A stretch of 64,000 bases of DNA from a bacterium (lineage in GTDB: Bacteria; Hinthialibacterota; Hinthialibacteria; Hinthialibacterales; Hinthialibacteraceae). Below are positions 45,951 through 56,558 of the stretch, one piece after another. How positions within the stretch are numbered: position 1 is the first letter of the stretch; each line of letters opens with the position of its first letter. Below the pieces are notes generated by a model that saw only the letters and a list, made by a program, of their open reading frames with translations, was not told the DNA's origin and did no database searches. The translations under genes and the position numbers were made by a program. The stretch is from assembly GCA_963662285.2 (NCBI GenBank), contig CAXXMV010000006.1, positions 1,152,001 through 1,216,000 on the forward strand, given 5' to 3'.

Positions 45951-46071
45951 TAGAGCGATTCTCAAAATAATGCTCTTTTATTAAAACGTTTCTAAAAAGC
46001 CTGCTCCAAGAGATATAGCGGTTAACAAAAATATATGCGCCTTAACGCATGTTATTTTGAGAATCGCTCTA
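45951..46071. mobile_element. Putative 121-bp MITE with perfect 20-bp terminal inverted repeats
   Basis: TAGAGCGATTCTCAAAATAA (45951-45970) and TTATTTTGAGAATCGCTCTA (46052-46071), TA at both ends. Confidence 0.55.
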
Positions 46072-46080
46072 GCATGTAAA

Positions 46081-46112
46081 AAGAGGAGGTTGAAAGTGAT
46101 CAACCTCCTCTT
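46081..46112 (-). terminator. Rho-independent terminator
   Basis: AAGAGGAGGTTGA/TCAACCTCCTCTT hairpin with a T-run on the minus strand, after the 46168 gene. Confidence 0.7.
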
Positions 46113-46167
46113 GAGTTTCGTCTTCCATCCACTTTTTGCCGGTTCATCAGTTATATTACTGATCTGA

Positions 46168-49100
46168 TTATTTCAATGTTTCGTTATACCAGCTCGAAGA
46201 ACCCGCTAATGTATTTTGTTTAGTGATAATATCAAGGAAATAATCAACTTCTTCTATGTTGCCATCTTTAAAGGTTACGATAATTCTTACAGCAGTACTC
46301 TTGGCATTCTCCGGAACCTGCCAGTTTATCATCCCTGTCTGGTCGCAGGTCATTCCTTCCGGACCTTCGATTAAAGTGAATGTAGGATCTCCATTCAAAT
46401 CATGCGTTTCAATTCTGTGAGTATACGCGGCGCCCGCTCTAGCGCTGAGTTTTGGCGCGTTTAATATGTGGTTGGCCGTATTGCCATCAATGAACATCTC
46501 ATGGCGATGTCCGACAGTAACTATAAATGATTCGTCAATTTTATCCAGCAATTCACCGTTAAGAAAAATCTTACGTTCGATCCTAATAAGATTTTCTCCA
46601 GTTTGTTCGGCAGTTGGAGTCCATAAGATCAATCCGTTTTCCGGATTCAGCGTCATTCCCCCGACATTCTCCAGCAATTCCCATGTCATGGTATGTCCCA
46701 GATAAAAATGTCGCTCGCTGTCCGTGAATTTAGGCTTATGCACATACAATACGCCAACTTGCGCATGTTCGCCCGGTTCTGATGTTGACATTTGCGGTGT
46801 TGAACCATCGGGTTTATGGGGAATCACCCGCAGAATTGTTTCAGGATGAGAACGGCGTTGTTCCATATCCACCGCCACAACCGTTACCAACAAAGGCGCT
46901 CCATTTTCGACGCCGTCTACCACTGTTTGATTGGTGGTACGGCCATAGATCGCTTTTTCACATTCGAAATATCCCAAATCTCCCTGAGCGGTATACATCA
47001 CCACATATCCTTCAACATTCTCATCTATGCTGGGCGTCCAGCGTACCGCAAATTGGCCATCGTAAGCGCCCACCGCAATATCCTGAACCGCATCGGGTAA
47101 TTCATGGTGTGCGATTCGGATAGTTTGATCTGAATACGCCCATACTATATTATTCTTGTTATCATGCACCGATATGGCAATATAATAATCACCGGCGGGT
47201 AATGTAAGTTGGTCTGTGTTGATGATATGAGAATTTTCTATGTTATCTTCCTGATATACGCCAATCAGAAAACCATCTCCACCTTGACGGTCGCGATCAA
47301 GATAAACCGAAGCAATCGCGCTGCTGTCAGGGTCTTCATCATACCAGGTGACGCGATATTGATTGGCTTCTCCCGTCGGTTCAATGCTGATGATCTCTAC
47401 TTCTGGAACATGGTTTTGAATCAATGCTTCAACAGTAAAATTCCCTAACGATTCAGAATTTTCAATCGTTACAACATAATCACCGCCTTCAGGCTCGCTC
47501 AATGCTATTGACGCTTCCCGTTGATTTGGCCTGAACAATGAAAAACCACTGACGCTCGCATATCCGTCTGGCAGGGCGCCATTACTCATATCCAGTACTG
47601 TTCCATCCGGCAGCGTAATCGACATTATTAATTCTGTGACATTTTCGTTCTCATAGTTTAAGCGAAAGATAACCGCTTGCGCATCATAGGGGATTTGCAA
47701 ATTGGTAATCGGTTCGCCTTGTGGAGTAAACTGTACTTTTTTCCCTACTCGTCCAGTAGTTATGGCATCCACCCGGTCCCAATTCGACATGAATGAGACC
47801 ACCGGGATGGGCTTGTTTTCTTCCGACTCCATTGCTAGTGCTGCATTGGATTGGCGCCACTCGCTAACCGGAATTAATTGCTGGCTGACTTCATCAAAAA
47901 TATACTGCTGGTTATAAGGCGTTTCCCAGGCATTGACCGGAGCAACAATTTTAGCGCCGCCGCCGCCTTCCCATATAACTTTTTCATTGGGATATATAAG
48001 TACTGAAGCATGACATACATCAACAAATGCCGCTGTTATTTTGCCATATAGATAAATGAATTTATCGGTAACTCTTGCGGTCGCCGAAGCAAACGACATA
48101 CCACCGATAATTGGAATATAATCAGGTATGCCAATCGAAGCATTCGCCTCGCCATTGATTACTGTATCCCATGCTTTTGCTTTATTCTGTGATTCAATTG
48201 TGGCTTCATAATAGTCATGTGTAGGTTCGTTGTTGCTGTCAACCAGTTGGAATCCATAATCAACGCTGCCCCAGATATCTATTGTGTTGACTATGCATTC
48301 ATCAGTCGAAGCGTCCCAACCAGCATCCGGTTTGACTGATATAGGACAGACTTGTTCGATAAACTGGTTGCGATAACTCCCTATTCTTATAGAGCCATCC
48401 CATTTCACCACGCCTGCTAAATAGGTGGTGTTATAGGAGACATAGAAATCATAGGGCGCCGAATATGATAATTCCGCTCCGCCCAGCGGGATAAAACCAA
48501 ACATCGACATATCAGCTTTAATATCTATATAAAACGGCCAGGGACGTATTTTTCCTTCTGCATTTACTAGAAAAGCAGATATACCGCCAAACTCCGGACC
48601 TGCCGTGATTGATACGCCCGCACCCAGCACCATAGCTGGAAGATTGCGAAAACTCACATTCTCAATATCAAATTTGACGCCCTGAAGAAATGCGCCGGTT
48701 TCAAACAAATCCACATTCATTCCTGCTGCTGAACCGGATAACTTGATCAATCCGGGATACTCTGGTTGGATAAAACCGATAGCCAGTTCACCTCCGATGC
48801 CTGCTCCTTTTTGTTTCTTAAGCAAGAAGATTCCTCCACCGAGATGTAAGAAAAATGGATCCTCACGAAATTCAAAAATAACCTGTTTGATTTGAAATAA
48901 ACCTTTGATATCTATTGTTGGAATCTGGATGCTCAGGTCGGATATCCCCCAACTATCACCAGATAAATAAATGGTGATTCTCTCTTTCATGGGAACCAGA
49001 GTCTGGTCCATTCCAGCAGAATTTTCATCATCGTCAAATTTCATAAATATAGGAGGCAGTGAAACAGTTAAAGTGATATTCAACCGGCCATTGGCAATTT

Positions 49101-49425
49101 CAATATCCGCTCCGGCGACATCACTATCCAAACCAAGCAGCCGGGTTCTTCCACTATTTCCGACTGTATGGATTTTTCCTTGTTGAACTACAACATCTTC
49201 CAACAAAATATCATCAATTGGGCCTATACCATTAATAATCAAATGATCGTATGTACCGTTGGTTAAATTGCCCGAGATAACCTCAGATGCGTTTACTCGA
49301 ATGTCATTGGCATAATTATGCTGAGGACAAAGTGATAATATTACCATAAATAACGTGAGTAATATGCTTCGTAAATGTAGAATATAGGCGTCTGATAGAC
49401 ATTGTTTAACTACTGAAAGATTCAT
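46168..49425 (-). CDS. Large exported protein with FN3 and putative Ig-like repeats
   Basis: Signal-like hydrophobic segment; VRWTPS...GYVVMY...VTVVAVD (FN3); GMTLNPENGLILWTP and GPEGMTCDQTGMINW (Ig-like); ATG at 49425 has GGAG RBS. Confidence 0.75.
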   Translation of the reverse strand: MNLSVVKQCLSDAYILHLRSILLTLFMVILSLCPQHNYANDIRVNASEVISGNLTNGTYDHLIINGIGPIDDILLEDVVVQQGKIHTVGNSGRTRLLGLDSDVAGADIEIANGRLNITLTVSLPPIFMKFDDDENSAGMDQTLVPMKERITIYLSGDSWGISDLSIQIPTIDIKGLFQIKQVIFEFREDPFFLHLGGGIFLLKKQKGAGIGGELAIGFIQPEYPGLIKLSGSAAGMNVDLFETGAFLQGVKFDIENVSFRNLPAMVLGAGVSITAGPEFGGISAFLVNAEGKIRPWPFYIDIKADMSMFGFIPLGGAELSYSAPYDFYVSYNTTYLAGVVKWDGSIRIGSYRNQFIEQVCPISVKPDAGWDASTDECIVNTIDIWGSVDYGFQLVDSNNEPTHDYYEATIESQNKAKAWDTVINGEANASIGIPDYIPIIGGMSFASATARVTDKFIYLYGKITAAFVDVCHASVLIYPNEKVIWEGGGGAKIVAPVNAWETPYNQQYIFDEVSQQLIPVSEWRQSNAALAMESEENKPIPVVSFMSNWDRVDAITTGRVGKKVQFTPQGEPITNLQIPYDAQAVIFRLNYENENVTELIMSITLPDGTVLDMSNGALPDGYASVSGFSLFRPNQREASIALSEPEGGDYVVTIENSESLGNFTVEALIQNHVPEVEIISIEPTGEANQYRVTWYDEDPDSSAIASVYLDRDRQGGDGFLIGVYQEDNIENSHIINTDQLTLPAGDYYIAISVHDNKNNIVWAYSDQTIRIAHHELPDAVQDIAVGAYDGQFAVRWTPSIDENVEGYVVMYTAQGDLGYFECEKAIYGRTTNQTVVDGVENGAPLLVTVVAVDMEQRRSHPETILRVIPHKPDGSTPQMSTSEPGEHAQVGVLYVHKPKFTDSERHFYLGHTMTWELLENVGGMTLNPENGLILWTPTAEQTGENLIRIERKIFLNGELLDKIDESFIVTVGHRHEMFIDGNTANHILNAPKLSARAGAAYTHRIETHDLNGDPTFTLIEGPEGMTCDQTGMINWQVPENAKSTAVRIIVTFKDGNIEEVDYFLDIITKQNTLAGSSSWYNETLK

Positions 49426-49641
49426 AGTCTTTCTCCATTTTAAGAAGATTTTTAATAACAATAACTACTTTTGGTTGGGCTATTCAATCAATAAAATAGA
49501 AAATAGAATAACTGCAAAATAAACACTATAATAATTAAATAATGAATAAAATATACACCATTATCGATTATTATACAATTATAATTTTATAAGCAACAAT
49601 CTCTGCAATTAAATATTGTATTATGGATTGAGGAATTTAGG

Positions 49642-49739
49642 TTATCAGGCAACCATGAAGAGATTACCCATATGTGTTGCCGTGGGGTGTATATTATCGG
49701 GCAACCATGAAGGATTGCCCCTACGTGTTGTCATAGGGG
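49642..49739. repeat. Two tandem 52-bp units, each containing a GTAG-type REP
   Basis: TTATCAGGCAACCATGAAGAGATTACCCATATGTGTTG and TTATCGGGCAACCATGAAGGATTGCCCCTACGTGTTG. Confidence 0.6.
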
Positions 49740-49750
49740 AGTTTTGTTTT

Positions 49751-50740
49751 TTATAATGTTACCCAACCGTTTTGTTTGGCGCTTTGGAACAGGGCTTCGA
49801 TGACTTTCATGTTTGATACGGCATCTTCTATAGGAGTAGGGACATCTGTATCATTTATGATCGCCTGCGAAAAAAGATCGCCCTGGATGGTGTATTGATC
49901 GCAGGATTCTAGCAGTATTTCTTCGATATTATCTTCGTGTTGATGCCAGATTTTACATGCTGCGCCAGGGGGAGCGTTGAAAGGTATTTCGATTTCCACC
50001 CGTCCACGGGTTCCTAGAATATTGACTCTTTGATAGGGCGCCAGTTGGGTTGAGCAAACGAATGATGATGCGCCTTCAGCGAATTCCATGATGCCGGATG
50101 CGAGGCGGTCAGTCTTGAATTTTGGATCAAACTCAATCAATCCACATACGCGTTGCGGTTCTGCATCGAAGATAAACCGGGATAGGGATATGTTGTAGCA
50201 CCCGATATCCATCAAACCGCCTCCACCGATATCAGCCTGATTGCGGATATTGGCGGGATCGAGATTGGTGTAAGAGAAGAATGATTGAATGGCCTTGAGT
50301 TCTCCGATGCCTCCGTCATGCACAATACCCCTCGCCCTTAGCCATTGCGGGTGATGGCGGTACATGAAGGCTTCCATGGTCTTCAACTGTGGTTTTGATT
50401 TGGCGCAATCGACCAGTTTTTGGCCCTCAACTGATGATAGCCCGATGGGCTTTTCGCAGAGAATATGTTTGCCGGATTGCAATGTTTTTATCGACCACTC
50501 AACATGAAGGTGGTTGGGCAGGGGATTGTAGATGGCGTCGATATCCGGATCGGCCAGAAGTGCATCATAACTGCCGTAGGCTTTGGCGATGCCCAGCTCG
50601 GCGGCAGCTTGTTTGGCTTTATTGATATCACGCGAAGCGATAGCGGTTACTTCGCATAAGCGCCCCTGCTGCATGGCGGGGATTACTTTTTCCGTTCCGA
50701 TTTTGGCGGTGCTGATGATTCCCCAGCGGACTTTTTTCAT
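49751..50740 (-). CDS. Gfo/Idh/MocA family oxidoreductase
   Basis: WGIISTAKI, YNPLPNHLH, CEKP, EAFMYRHHP, GGGLMDIGCY. Confidence 0.93.
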   Translation of the reverse strand: MKKVRWGIISTAKIGTEKVIPAMQQGRLCEVTAIASRDINKAKQAAAELGIAKAYGSYDALLADPDIDAIYNPLPNHLHVEWSIKTLQSGKHILCEKPIGLSSVEGQKLVDCAKSKPQLKTMEAFMYRHHPQWLRARGIVHDGGIGELKAIQSFFSYTNLDPANIRNQADIGGGGLMDIGCYNISLSRFIFDAEPQRVCGLIEFDPKFKTDRLASGIMEFAEGASSFVCSTQLAPYQRVNILGTRGRVEIEIPFNAPPGAACKIWHQHEDNIEEILLESCDQYTIQGDLFSQAIINDTDVPTPIEDAVSNMKVIEALFQSAKQNGWVTL

Positions 50741-50744
50741 GGCG

Positions 50745-51108
50745 TCATCCTCCTGAACGTTTGACGGTGTGGCCTTGTTTGGTTAGTTCATCGACTAATA
50801 AATCCCGGTGGTCGCCCTGGATTTCTATGACGCCATCTTTGACGGTTCCACCGGAGCCGCATTTTTGCTTGAGTTGTTTGGCCAGCTCGCGCAGGTCATC
50901 CATAGTATGAGGCAGCCCGGTGATCAGGGTGACGCCCTTGCCTTTGCGGCCTTTGGTCTCACGGCTGACCCCGAACCACGCCATCCCGCTTGGGCGTCGG
51001 CTGCTGCTTTTTACAGGCGCCTTTGGATGGAGATTTACTCTGTTTAGAGAGCATCCCGCCTTGTTCGGTGGAGTAAACCAGTTCGCTATTATTATTGCTT
51101 GATTTCAT
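50745..51108 (-). CDS. yciH: Translation initiation factor SUI1/YciH (single frameshift near 50973)
   Basis: MKSSNNNSELVYSTEQG...DGVVR, one extra G in CGGGGTC, then VSRETKGRKGKGVT...KCGSGGTVKDGVIEIQGDHR. Confidence 0.9.
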
Positions 51109-51203
51109 TATTGTTTTTTGTGATTCTTTGAATTTTGTTAGTTTAATATAGCGTTTGATTTAAGAAACGGGAATGTTGATGTTGCGATTGTCAGGGTGAT
51201 CGT

Positions 51204-51353
51204 TATCAACCCTCACCTAACCTCTCCCAATCTTGGGAGAGGGATGTATGCCTATAGTTTTTTATAACACCAAGCCAAAGCAAAATAACTGGTGATATCT
51301 CAAAACCCCTCTCCCCCAAGCATGGGGGAGAATTCAAGAGGGAGTTGTTTTCT
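51204..51353 (-). repeat. ~150-bp composite palindromic element (family C doublet)
   Basis: Inverted near copy of 63805-63955, including a related spacer. Confidence 0.75.
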
Positions 51354-51410
51354 TAACCCTGAATAATTATCTTATGTGCTTTTAGCGTGGTATGCGGTAG
51401 GAGTGGCTTT

Positions 51411-51450
51411 GGTGGGCTACGCCGCTTTGCGGCTTTTAGCCCACCCTACG
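51411..51450 (-). repeat. GTAG-type REP family A
   Basis: Exact reverse complement of CGTAGGGTGGGCTAAAAGCCGCAAAGCGGCGTAGCCCACC found in the 142-bp array. Confidence 0.8.
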
Positions 51451-51463
51451 TATGTTAAATAAT

Positions 51464-52001
51464 TTATTCATCATCGGTTGTTGGAATTTCATTGTCATCA
51501 AAATTTTCTGAAGTCGCAGTAGGAGATTGAATATTTTTTATGTGATCGCGGACTTCATCTAATTCCAACTGTAAAGATTTGGGGATATCATCCCATTGCT
51601 CGGATGAGTCAATGTATTTCTGGAAATATTGCTTGGCCTTGGATTTTTCCTTTTTTTCTTCATGAATCAGAGCCATGTTATAGAAGAGTTCCGGGCGGTT
51701 GCAACCCATCGACTCGGCCTTCTCGAAATTTTGCATGGCTTCATCAAAATTTTCTTCTTCGCATAACGAGGCGCCTGCATTATAGAAATCCAGCGGCTCC
51801 TCAGTTTTCCATTCATATTTCTGCATCATATTGAAGGTTTTGTCTGGCTCCAAACTGTAAAAAAAGAGTCCAGCCATATCTCTGAAAGGCGTAATATTGA
51901 TCTTTTTCAAGTAAATCTTCAAAGCGTTTAATCTCGAATTCGAACAAATCCTTGATAGGTTTTTCCTGCTCTATTTCAACAATTTGAGTTTCTTCGTTCA
52001 T
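51464..52001 (-). CDS. Tetratricopeptide repeat protein (frameshift at A7 run 51859-51865)
   Basis: FYNAGASL...F..A...F.KA and LFYNMALI...A..YFQKY TPRs; removing one A joins RYGWTLF to YSLEPDK. Confidence 0.75.
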
Positions 52002-52153
52002 TTCAACAATTTCGCTTTCCTCGTAATATTAAAACCTGATAAACCTTAATTATAATAGCGAATAGTCCAGAAAATACAAGTTGCCGTTATAAGGGTGATG
52101 CTTTACTACCTTTTTTCATTTTATTGACTTGTATGATTTGATGGAACGCCCGA

Positions 52154-53769
52154 TCATTTTCTCTTAAGTACGGCTTGAAGTTCCAGACGGAAGAGCAGCC
52201 AGCCCAGGCCGAAGAATACGGTTACGCCTGCTCCAACCACGAATGCTACGCGGGCCATCAGTTCGAATTGCGACCCGGTGTAGACTGGAACTAATTCCAT
52301 TAAACCCCGGCAGGCTAAGGCCATTCCCGCAGCTGCGATGATGACGCGGATGAAGAATGGAATCAGGGGCCATAGTGGAAGGCGTCTGATAGTAGGCCAT
52401 AATAGGGCTATGAGTAAAATCATCTGCAAACCACTGGCTAATGATGACGCCAGCGCCAGCGACCAGAGCGGCCATTCCGTATGAACGAACCAGGCGCATA
52501 GAGCGATATTAAACGCCACGCTGATGATTCCGGTAATGACCGGAGTGCGGAAATCATGTCGCGCCTGGAAGGTTCTGACCAGCACTTTGACTATGGCGAA
52601 GAAAAACAGCCCGATGCTATACATAACCAATATTTCCACCGTTGGTTGCAGCCATCCGCTGGAGTGAAAGGCGCCCCGGTCATAGATTACGCCTACGATT
52701 TCCGGCGCCAGAACAATCAATCCAACAGCGGATGGAATCATGAGCAGGGTGAGGTACTTGATGACATTGATCAGGGTTTTGGACGCCTCTTCATGCTTGC
52801 CCTGTTCGAAATACTGGGCGATGCGGGGAAACGAGGCTGTGGCTAATGCTACGCCGATCACGCCCAGGGGGAAACTGGATCAGGCGGAAGGCGTAGTTCA
52901 TCTGCGATATCCCGCCATTGCCGTATTGTGATGCGAAGCAAGTCTGGGTAATAAGCGAGTTGATCTGATATATGGCCAATCCAAACACGCTGGGCGCCAG
53001 TATTTTCAAAACATGCCTACTTTGGGATGAAACGGCGAGGCCCAGGGAGGCGGGAAGAAATTAATCTTCCTGGCTGGGAAAAGTTGTATGACGAACTGAA
53101 GTAAACCACCGAATATCACCGCTGCGATCATGATGCTCATCAGCGAAAAACCGACGGCGCCGTATAATCCCGCGCCAACCAGGCAGCCGACTATCAGACT
53201 GGCATTGAATAATGTCGGCGCCAGCGCGGGGATGAAGAATATACGGTAGGTGTTTAACACTCCCATGGCCCAGGCCGATAATGCGATGAAGAAGAGAAAG
53301 GGGAACATCATCTGCGTCGCCCATATGCCAGCTTCGACGCGCCAGTTTTCACTGGGTATAACCTGCATCTGCTGGGCCAGGGGTTGCAGTTCATCAGGGA
53401 GATTCAATTGCTGGGGGAATTGCAGCAAAATAGGGACGAACCAGGGCGCCAGCAGTATGGCCAATACTGAGACTGCTCCGACGGTGATCGCCAATGCGCG
53501 GAACACGGCGGCGCTGGCGATGCGGACCGCCTCTTCGCCTTCCCGCTCGCGCACGCGGGTCAGCAATGGGATGAAAGCGGCTGAGAGGGCCCCTTCGGCG
53601 AACAATTGCCGGCAGGTGGATGGAATTTTGAATCCAGCCCAGAATATATCCTGCCACACATGGGGCACGTAGGCGGCGATGCACGAATCGCGCACTAATC
53701 CCAGTATGCGGCTCATTAAAGTCGCAATGCGAAAAGTCCGGTTGATTTAAGTAGAGAATCTTTTTTCAT
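52154..53769 (-). CDS. murJ: Lipid II flippase MurJ (three frameshifts, near 53733, 53006 and 52870)
   Basis: SRILGLVRD, RQLFAEGALSAAFIP, YAFRLIQFP(LG)VIGVALATASFP; pieces lie in successive frames. Confidence 0.92.
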
Positions 53770-54133
53770 ACTGGCCGCATTGTAGGCGTGGCGTATAAGT
53801 TTTCAATACCATCACATGTTTATGTAATGAGATATTGGGAAGCTAATTTGATTTATGCTGAAATGTTGACGATTGATACGGTTTATATATTCAATCTGGT
53901 TGTACTTGATGTTATTAAATTTATTACTTTAAGGTGGCAGGGAGTTATCAAAAAATAGGAGTTCCTGTGGATGCCTATGGATAAATGATTCCTGATAGCT
54001 TCCACCTTATTTTCTCAAAAATGCTGTTCTATAATGACCGATTATCGTTTTTAGCTAAAAGATCGATCATTGCGATAGAAAATGACGACCACTCTATCAA
54101 ACGAGTCTACGTAAATACTTAGGAGAGATAAAC

Positions 54134-55609
54134 ATGGCTGACAAGAAACCTCAGACTCAAGGAGTCAACCGAAGAGAATTTTTCAATACTTCCGGTAAAG
54201 TGACCGCCGCTCTAAGCGCCGCCGCCATCGCTGGACCCGCTATCAACGTGCTTGGCGCGAACGATAAGATTCGCGTTGGCGTTATCGGACCGGGCAAGCG
54301 TGGAAAATACCTGATGAAAATGGCCACCGATGCCGTTACCCGTAACGAACTGAACGTCGATTTGAGCATGCAGTTTGTAGCGGTTGCCGACATCTATGAA
54401 GGCTGGGCCGAAGAAGGCGCCGCCAAAGGCGAACAGTACAACGAAAACGCCCTCGATAACGAAGGCGAAGTCAAAGTTTACGACCATCATAAAAAACTGC
54501 TGGAAGATAAAAACGTGGACGCGGTTATCATTGCTACCCCCGAACACCAGCATGCTTTCCAGTTGATCGATGCGCTCGCCGCAGGTAAAGACGTTTACTG
54601 CGAAAAACCGATGGTTCAAAACATTGCTCAAGGCAAAAAGGTTCTGGACGCCTTCAAAGGCAGCGACCGCGTGGTTCAGGTCGGAACCCAGCGCCGCAGC
54701 GTTCCTCTATTCAAAAAAGCCAATGAAATCGTTAAAAGCGGTGATATTGGTCAAGTCACCTATTGCGAAGGCTGGTGGCACCGCAATGAACCTGATGGCA
54801 AACCGGGTCCCTGGGCTTATCCCATTCCCGACGACGCCTCTCCTGACGTCATAAACTGGCCTGAATTCCTTTATGAAGCCAAGAAAACTGCATTTGACAA
54901 ACAACGCTACTTCCAGTGGAGAAGTTTTTGGGATTACTCAAACGGCATCGGCAGCGACTTGATGGTTCATCAGATCGACGCCATCTGCATGGTCATGGGC
55001 GTTGGCGTACCCAAGAGCGTTATCTCTTCCGGTGGACTATACCGCTGGAAAGACGGCCGCATGACTCCTGATACATGGGGTTGCCTGATGGAATTTGAAG
55101 AAGGCTTCCAGATCAATTATAATGCGCGCTTCAACAACATCTGCCGCCCGAATGAAAGATACGTCATCGAAGCTGAGATCGACCGTATCGAAGATAAAGA
55201 GAAACAAAAAGAACTTAATGCGGCGCTCAAGGTTTTGACTCGCGGCAAGGTCATCAATGAAAAAATCCAGGATTACGGAGTTCGCATCTGTGGTTCCAAA
55301 GGTTTGATTGAAGTTTTCTGCCACCATGATATGAATGTATGGCCCGAACCTAAATACCTGTGGGGCACAGCTTCCAAACTGAAATTCCAGAATTACAAAT
55401 ATTGCAATACCCAAGCCGAAGCAACTGATCAAGCGGTTCGCGATCACATGCAGAACTGGCTGGAAAGCATCGTCACCCGCAAAACTCCTAATTGCACAGT
55501 GCGAGATGGATTCGACGGCGCCTGCATTTCCAACATGGGAACCATGTCATTCATGTCCGGCAAAAAAGTTATATTCGACAAAGAGAAACTCGAAGCCAAT
55601 ACTATCTAG
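54134..55609 (+). CDS. Tat-exported Gfo/Idh/MocA family oxidoreductase
   Basis: NRREFF twin-arginine leader; GANDKIRVGVIG, IATPEHQH, DVYCEKP, QVGTQRRS, WRSFWDYS. Confidence 0.92.
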   Translation: MADKKPQTQGVNRREFFNTSGKVTAALSAAAIAGPAINVLGANDKIRVGVIGPGKRGKYLMKMATDAVTRNELNVDLSMQFVAVADIYEGWAEEGAAKGEQYNENALDNEGEVKVYDHHKKLLEDKNVDAVIIATPEHQHAFQLIDALAAGKDVYCEKPMVQNIAQGKKVLDAFKGSDRVVQVGTQRRSVPLFKKANEIVKSGDIGQVTYCEGWWHRNEPDGKPGPWAYPIPDDASPDVINWPEFLYEAKKTAFDKQRYFQWRSFWDYSNGIGSDLMVHQIDAICMVMGVGVPKSVISSGGLYRWKDGRMTPDTWGCLMEFEEGFQINYNARFNNICRPNERYVIEAEIDRIEDKEKQKELNAALKVLTRGKVINEKIQDYGVRICGSKGLIEVFCHHDMNVWPEPKYLWGTASKLKFQNYKYCNTQAEATDQAVRDHMQNWLESIVTRKTPNCTVRDGFDGACISNMGTMSFMSGKKVIFDKEKLEANTI

Positions 55610-55626
55610 ATTGCTTAGGTGGTTTT

Positions 55627-55660
55627 GGTGGGCTACGCTTCGCTTTTAGCCCACCCTACG
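55627..55660 (-). repeat. GTAG-type REP family A (short-loop variant)
   Basis: GGTGGGCTACGCTTCGCTTTTAGCCCACCCTACG. Confidence 0.75.
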
Positions 55661-55689
55661 GAATTATCTTATTTACAATGCATACTTAC

Positions 55690-55722
55690 CAAAGGCCGCG
55701 TAGCGATACGCGGCCTTTGTTG
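55690..55722 (+). terminator. Probable terminator hairpin
   Basis: CAAAGGCCGCGTA-GCGA-TACGCGGCCTTTG between convergent genes. Confidence 0.65.
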
Positions 55723-55764
55723 TAAAACAGATACGAATATCACAAAGAATTGTAGGTTATAACT

Positions 55765-55803
55765 GGGCGCCAAGGGCAAGAGCGCATTGCGCTCAGCCCT
55801 TGA
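55765..55803. repeat. REP-like palindrome family B
   Basis: GGGCGCCAAGGGCAAGAGCGCATTGCGCTCAGCCCTTGA. Confidence 0.65.
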
Positions 55804-55864
55804 TCAAGCCACCAACGATATGGTGAAATTCCATAACTTAATGAAATCACCTCTATAAAACTAT

Positions 55865-56467
55865 TTAAGATTCAATTCTGGATTGCAGGAAATTGGTGAT
55901 GGCGTTGTCGTATCTGGATGTATGCTCGAAGGCTTTAGCGGCCAGGCGATGCCGGGTTTTGATTGAAATGCCGCCCTGCTGGTTCATCTCTTGTATGATT
56001 AATTCATAATCAGCCGGGTCGGTAATCACAACTACTGATTTGAAATTCTTGGCTGATGAGCGGATCATGGTTGGTCCGCCGATATCGATATTCTCTGTTG
56101 CCACGTCCATCGATACATCCGGTTTAGCGACGGTTGCTTCGAAGGGGTATAGGTTGACCGCAACCAGATCGATGGGATAGATGCCGTATTTTTCCGCTTC
56201 TTCAGACTGCGCCGGATCATTGCGCTTAAACAAAAGCCCGCCATGAATCTTGGGGTGCAGCGTTTTGACCCGGCCGCCCAGCATCTCCGGCGATCCGGTG
56301 TAATCGCTAACTTCCTGATACTTAACGCCGACTTTGGAAAGTGAGCGGCCTGTGCCTCCAGTTGATAATATATGGACATCTTTTTCCGCCAGGGCTTTGC
56401 CGAACTCTTCAATGCCGGTTTTGTCGAAAACGGAGAGTATCGCTTTTCGGATTGTGACGATGCTCAT
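55865..56467 (-). CDS. purH: Stand-alone IMP cyclohydrolase (PurH N-terminal MGS-like domain only)
   Basis: [50 protein letters not shown]; stops at 200 aa. Confidence 0.85.
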   Translation of the reverse strand: MSIVTIRKAILSVFDKTGIEEFGKALAEKDVHILSTGGTGRSLSKVGVKYQEVSDYTGSPEMLGGRVKTLHPKIHGGLLFKRNDPAQSEEAEKYGIYPIDLVAVNLYPFEATVAKPDVSMDVATENIDIGGPTMIRSSAKNFKSVVVITDPADYELIIQEMNQQGGISIKTRHRLAAKAFEHTSRYDNAITNFLQSRIES

Positions 56468-56558
56468 CGGGATTCCTTTCAGTTATGCAAAATAATTAAC
56501 GTTAATATCAATATGTATTATTAAAATTGCGTTATCGCTTCCAGTCAATCTAAGCCGC

